Shown in pieces: positions 61,981 to 64,000 of a stretch of 64,000 nt of DNA. The notes under the pieces are model-generated. The model was not told the origin of the DNA. It searched no databases and saw only the letters and a program-made list of their open reading frames with translations. Origin of the DNA: Bugula neritina. Taxonomy: Eukaryota > Animalia > Bryozoa. The position numbers and the translations under genes were made by a program. Positions within the stretch are counted from its first letter, which is position 1, and each line of letters starts with the position of its first letter. Location of the stretch: contig OZ037770.1 in the NCBI GenBank assembly GCA_964035545.1, forward strand, positions 6,148,729 through 6,212,728, in the 5' to 3' direction.

Positions 61981-62317
61981 TGTAGTGAATTTTGCCAGTT
62001 CACTGTTATTATGTGTGGGTCAACTTAAACAAAGCCACTGCACCAGGTTGTTTACGCTAAGATAACTTTATTATTTACACAAATACAGGAAGGTTATTTA
62101 CTGCTAGCATGAATAGAAAACGATTACATAATTAGTGAGCCTAATACACAACTACTCTAAATGAAGTCCCAAGCTGCTCTGCCGGCTAGCTACTCAACGC
62201 ACTGCAACTACGAGTAGCTAGCTCCACCTGCTATCAATTAGTGTGACTGTCCTGATTGGTGGTTACTAGTGGTGCCACTGCTGTCCATAGCTACAATCCG
62301 ACAGGGTCGAACTCACA
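61981..62317. mobile_element. Probable solo LTR (337 bp)
   Basis: TGT...ACA termini with 4-bp direct flanks ATAT/ATAT; higher GC than the surroundings; internal inverted repeat GCTAGCTACTC/GAGTAGCTAGC. Confidence 0.55.
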
Positions 62318-63207
62318 ATATAATAAACATATAGAGTGAACCTTTTCGAATAATACAATAATAATTGCACTACTAAAATCCATCATAACACTGTTATGTT
62401 TTTCAGATTTAGGGTTGATGTAACGTCTACCCCAGTTTATTGATAACAGGTTGCACTGCTGGAGTTTTGCTTATTTTTATTGAACTAACTGGTAACCAAC
62501 GTGAAACTGCAATAATACAATAATACGATTTAACAATAAAGACATTATTGAAAGAAAAATGAAACATACAAAAAATACATAATTGTTGCAAAGCAATGTT
62601 TAACATACCTCTATTACCCTTCCTGGGGAGAGTTAGAATGAAGTATATAAAATTGTGATGGTGAGAGGTTAATCAAATAAAGAATGACTAGTTAGAACTG
62701 CAACAGTTAGTAGAGAAATGAAGGCATAAAACACCTTAGCTATTATAACTTTGCTAAAAGCTATAAAAAGCTGACAGCTATTCTGTTAGCAAACTCATTG
62801 CATTGAAATAATGAAAACAAAGCTATTTGTGGTTTAAGAAAAAGCTGTGGCTATGTGAGTAGCTAAGTGAATATAAGGGTGAATGGTATGCAGTAGTGAG
62901 TACTATAATAAAAAAATGATCAAAACGCTACACTCCCACCTAAAATTTAGGATGAAATTTTACTTGGTGCTTTTACTAAAACTACTAATTTACTCAATGG
63001 CCCGACGAGCCGACGGGCCTTCACTCCAGGGCATCCACGTACACCCAGTAGCAGTGTCACGGATTTCACTACTCATTTCAAGACGTTAGACTTGGCATTG
63101 ACTAGTCAAAAACCATGAGATCAATTGTGATCTAGTGTAGGTCCTAGACCTTGGTGAGCAGGAAGTGAGTGATGATGGCTAATTAGTAGCGCGGTCATCT
63201 GTGCAGA

Positions 63208-64000
63208 TTAGGGTAAGATGATAGGGTGCTTCTTATTATGTGACAGGGTGATACATTCTTGAAATCTCCCACCAATACGAAGTAGAGCTTTTGAGTCTAA
63301 TAATGGATCTAGCGTTGTCAGACAACTAGATTTTTTTTTTTTTTTCAGAGTCTGAGATGCCTTGAGCACGGAGATCTCATTTAAAAAATTACGCTGCATG
63401 AATGAGTTGAAGGATAGTTTGTTTGGCATTTTGAAAATTGAACGGGGCATTTTTGCTTAAGTGCTTTTTTATTGTGGCAGTTGCTCTGACTGCTCTGTTT
63501 CAGTCAGAAAACTTTTCCAAGCATTCATCGAGTGAAAAGTGAACTGTTTGTGAGATGAATGACAATGATGACTGTTTTACCTCCACATGTTTAGGGTTTA
63601 CGTACACCAATGGCTGTGTGGGTAAGATATTAGGTTCGGTCCTGGGAAATTGTTTCTACTCTCTTTGCAACACATGTGTGAAAATGATCAGCAATATTAC
63701 TTATATGGTCAAGAACAACAGTGGAGTCAGAATAGAAGTGTGTGCTGATGTTTGAAATGTCAAGTTCTTTGATATATTTTGTGATCGAGCTGACAGCACT
63801 TGCTGCTGCCTGAAGTTTGAGTCATGAAACTTGTCTCATTGGTGCGACTTGGGCTTTACCTGAAAGCAGTGCAACATGCACTCGCCTTGCCGAGTTAACT
63901 AGTCGAAGGTATGTGCAGTGATCACAGCCCACTGTACTGGCGTCAGCAAAAGTGTGGTTAAGCAGTTTCCTATGAATCAAAGTCATGAGGAGTGAGACAT
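63208..64000 (-). mobile_element. Decayed BEL/Pao LTR retrotransposon pol fragment
   Basis: LTTLDPLLDSKALLRIGGRF...KHPIILP is the typical Pao RNaseH-integrase junction; surrounding frames are broken. Confidence 0.75.

Overview
AT-rich, intron-rich animal (invertebrate-type) genomic DNA, heavily invaded by transposons. Host genes reconstructed by hand from splice sites: (1) an 8-exon + strand gene (26396-31457) joining LRR, ROC GTPase, COR and a complete C-terminal caspase (His/Cys dyad kept, variant EACSG site) in one frame, i.e. a ROCO-caspase; (2) a 13-coding-exon CaRF/CARF gene on the - strand (41721-47491), with a 5'-truncated duplicate at the left edge (<1-2100); (3) a spliced, stop-riddled Crypton-like tyrosine recombinase (57813-61634, possible first exon at 49018). 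Mobile elements: two full-length tRNA-Leu-primed Ty3/Gypsy elements (9635-17072 -, 50159-57395 +), each with an extra zinc-finger/coiled-coil ORF where env normally sits. They share a near-identical RT-RNaseH-integrase core but differ in gag, LTRs and ORF3, and carry a conserved G_UUA_AAC plus pseudoknot -1 frameshift signal. Also present: fragments of the same family, a young Mag-like Gypsy (32959-37635), a solo LTR, two LINE fragments, a TA-flanked MITE, a BEL/Pao fragment and simple repeats. Top candidates for new biology are the ROCO-caspase and the zinc-finger ORF3 Gypsy family. No database searches were run, so novelty is untested.
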